Part shown: one piece after another, positions 61,818 to 64,000 of the stretch
Layout of the letters: each line of letters opens with the position of its first letter
How positions within the stretch are numbered: the first letter of the stretch is position 1
DNA from: Candidatus Bathyarchaeota archaeon
GTDB taxonomy: Archaea; Thermoproteota; Bathyarchaeia; Bathyarchaeales; Bathycorpusculaceae
NCBI GenBank assembly: GCA_963806535.1
Contig: CAWDYC010000008.1
Coordinates: 1-64,000 of the forward strand
Length of the DNA stretch: 64,000 bases
Direction: 5' to 3'
Position numbers and translations under genes: made by a program
The notes under the pieces: model-generated
Seen by the model: the letters and a program-made list of their open reading frames with translations, nothing else
The model's database searches: none
What the model was told of the DNA's origin: nothing

Positions 61818-62708
61818 CTAATTATTGCTTTTGCGATGAGATTTTAGCGCTTCAATCATTTGCCTGCTATTCACTAAAATCAGCGAAACCAACATTACCA
61901 GCGGTATCCAAGCGGGTGTATAAATAGGCGTTGAGCCACCCGAACCAAAAACCATATCCACAAAACCCTGTGAAGTACCTGGATAAAAAACCATAAAATT
62001 AGTCCCTATTAACGCTATGATCATAGGAATGAAAGAAGCTTTCAACTTGCCTTTATTATAGAAAAGAAACAGAGGCAACGCCAAAAGAGCAAATCGCGGA
62101 TCAAACGCTCCCAATGCAAAAGCGACCCCTGAAAGAACAGGTCGACCTTTATAGCCAAAATAAAATGAAACAAGCAAAAGAAAAGAAAGAAAAATTTTAG
62201 CTTGACCTTCTGCCCAACTCATAAAATAACTCACAGATAACCCTCTACCCGGCATCGGGTAAGGCAACAGCAGAACAAGAACTAAAATCAAGAAGGCAAT
62301 AGCCGGATTTTTCTTTTCGAGCAGCGTATAAAGCAGAAATGCCATCAATGGGAGAAGGGCAAACTGGAACGCATCAAAAAACCAGAATGCTGGATAATAG
62401 CTAAGGTTGATGAGTGGAGAAATCAGAACGAGGAAAGAGGGCAGGTACTTGTAAGGTGTTAAGGAAGGGTATATGGTTGGTTCGCCGTCAGCTAGGTGGC
62501 CAGTGGTGAATATTTGGGATGGATTGTGAAACATTCGCCAAGTTGCTATGTAGTAGACGGAGAAATCCCGTGGCAGGTCTGCTCCGCCTATGTTGAGCGG
62601 ATGATTCATTGTTGGGTAAGCTACGGAAAGTGTGTAGAAATTTAAGCCTATTATGATAATAATTGCTAAAGCAAAAAGAAGTTTTTTCGACTTAAGACAG
62701 TGAAACAT
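61818..62708 (-). CDS. GT-C/GT87-like multi-TM glycosyltransferase
   Basis: DFSVYY, YKYLP and GQ motifs, about nine TM helices. Confidence 0.65.
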   Translation of the reverse strand: MFHCLKSKKLLFALAIIIIIGLNFYTLSVAYPTMNHPLNIGGADLPRDFSVYYIATWRMFHNPSQIFTTGHLADGEPTIYPSLTPYKYLPSFLVLISPLINLSYYPAFWFFDAFQFALLPLMAFLLYTLLEKKNPAIAFLILVLVLLLPYPMPGRGLSVSYFMSWAEGQAKIFLSFLLLVSFYFGYKGRPVLSGVAFALGAFDPRFALLALPLFLFYNKGKLKASFIPMIIALIGTNFMVFYPGTSQGFVDMVFGSGGSTPIYTPAWIPLVMLVSLILVNSRQMIEALKSHRKSNN

Positions 62709-62863
62709 GCAAAGCTACAGTAGCGGTTCTCGTTCTTTGCTTATTAGCATTTACCCTTCGTTATAATTTTAGCTAAAATGTCTGGTTCTCTTACCTACTA
62801 GTACATTCGCTTACAAATACTGTTAAAAACTGGGCAAAACAATAACTTGAGTGGGGTGAAACA

Positions 62864-63511
62864 GTGACCTTGCAAAAGTCTTCGCTTGCGTTGCTTCTAT
62901 CGTTTGTTATTATTTTCTCTTTTGTAGCCGCTATTCAGATGGAGAAAAATAATGTATTAGTGAACAATGCAATCAGTCGTTTAACAGCATTCTCGGAAAA
63001 TCAAATAGCTTACCAAGACGTTGCCAAAGAATCGCCTGTTTCAATAATTAATAGTTCATCAACCCGACTAGCTGTCTACGATTTTATCTCTGCTAATCCA
63101 GGAGTTCAATTCAGAGGTATCTGCGCCGGATTAAGCATTGCTATTGGAACGGCAGAATTCCATTTAGGCGTGCTCAAAAAAGCTGGATTAATTTCATTTG
63201 TTCGGGATGGTAAATATAAGCGATTTTTCGTTTCGAAAAAATTTTCGTTGAAGGAAATGAAGCTAATTTCGCTTTTGCGCCATGACACGATAAGAAACAT
63301 TATCAAGAAAATAGGCACCGAGAAAGCAGTTCCTCACAGCAAATTAGCGTCTCATCTCTGCATAACTTCTCAAGGCTTAACTTGGCAAATTAACCGACTT
63401 AGAGAAGAAGGTATTATTAATGAAACCAGTAATGGAATAAGAATTACTTATTCCTTAAACGAAACGTACGTTCAGGTGGTGCCTGAACTCCTTTGCATAA
63501 TAGAGCAATGA
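62864..63511 (+). CDS. Tandem winged-HTH regulator with N-terminal hydrophobic helix
   Basis: R..VYDFI.ANPG..FR.I...L....G...FHL..L plus a second wHTH. Confidence 0.8.
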   Translation: MTLQKSSLALLLSFVIIFSFVAAIQMEKNNVLVNNAISRLTAFSENQIAYQDVAKESPVSIINSSSTRLAVYDFISANPGVQFRGICAGLSIAIGTAEFHLGVLKKAGLISFVRDGKYKRFFVSKKFSLKEMKLISLLRHDTIRNIIKKIGTEKAVPHSKLASHLCITSQGLTWQINRLREEGIINETSNGIRITYSLNETYVQVVPELLCIIEQ

Positions 63512-63655
63512 TGCAGAGTCTTTTCCGCCACTATTAATAAAAATATTTCAGATACCTCAACTTAAGAGATTAAAGGATCAACCATGTAAGCAAATGTACC
63601 TCAACTATATTATCAATTACAATTAACGTCTTTCTGAGTGAAAGAGGAAGTCGAA

Positions 63656-64000
63656 ATGCTCAGCAGACGAAGATAGCATGGTTTATACGGAAGCTTTGGA
63701 AAAAATCTACCAAATAGGCTCCGAAAAAATTGATAGTTCTAAAAGACATAACCTTGTCAATACCCAAAGCAAAATTTATCGCTCTCTGTGGACCATCAGG
63801 TTCAGGCAAAACTACTTTACTAAACATCATTGGCGGAATTGATAAGCCAACAAGCGGCAAAATTGTTGTGGCAGGTCAAGATTTAACTGTTAAAGATGAA
63901 GATTTTCTGTCAGAATTTCGATGCAACAATGTTGGTTTTGTTTTCCAAGCCTATAATCTTGTTTCAACTTTAACGATGGCTGAAAATGTTGCTTTTCCAA
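63656..64000 (+). CDS. ABC ATPase (LolD/MacB-like), partial at window edge
   Basis: GPSGSGKTTLLNIIGGID.PTSG...GFVFQAYNL. Confidence 0.85.

Overview
This is an AT-rich archaeal chromosomal segment, most consistent with Bathyarchaeia/TACK (TBP, TFB, pelota, Snf7/CdvB, PolB2, NosD-like anchored beta-helix proteins, NitrOD-like domains). From left to right it holds: (1) the right end of a probable integrative island with a HEPN-motif protein, zinc-ribbon proteins and a tyrosine recombinase; (2) housekeeping genes (ttuA/ncs6-like, tbp, pelota, hppA, proBA, cdvB-like) and a minimal IS200/IS605 element; (3) a 10-gene operon in exact complex I order (nuoA-B-CD-H-I-J-K-L-M-N) whose catalytic subunits keep the full [NiFe]-hydrogenase motifs; (4) ABC transporters; (5) an accessory zone rich in paralog pairs, including a mirror-symmetric RHH module, PolB2, TFB, a receiver domain, NitrOD-like domains and GT2 enzymes; (6) a tRNA-Gly(GCC) hotspot with two intact divergent tRNAs, one 5' relic and two 3'-end repeats that bracket small cargo islands; (7) assorted metabolic and regulatory genes. 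Many genes outside 18.5-33 kb carry single-base frameshifts, probably sequencing indels. All calls come from motif recognition by eye; no database searches were run.
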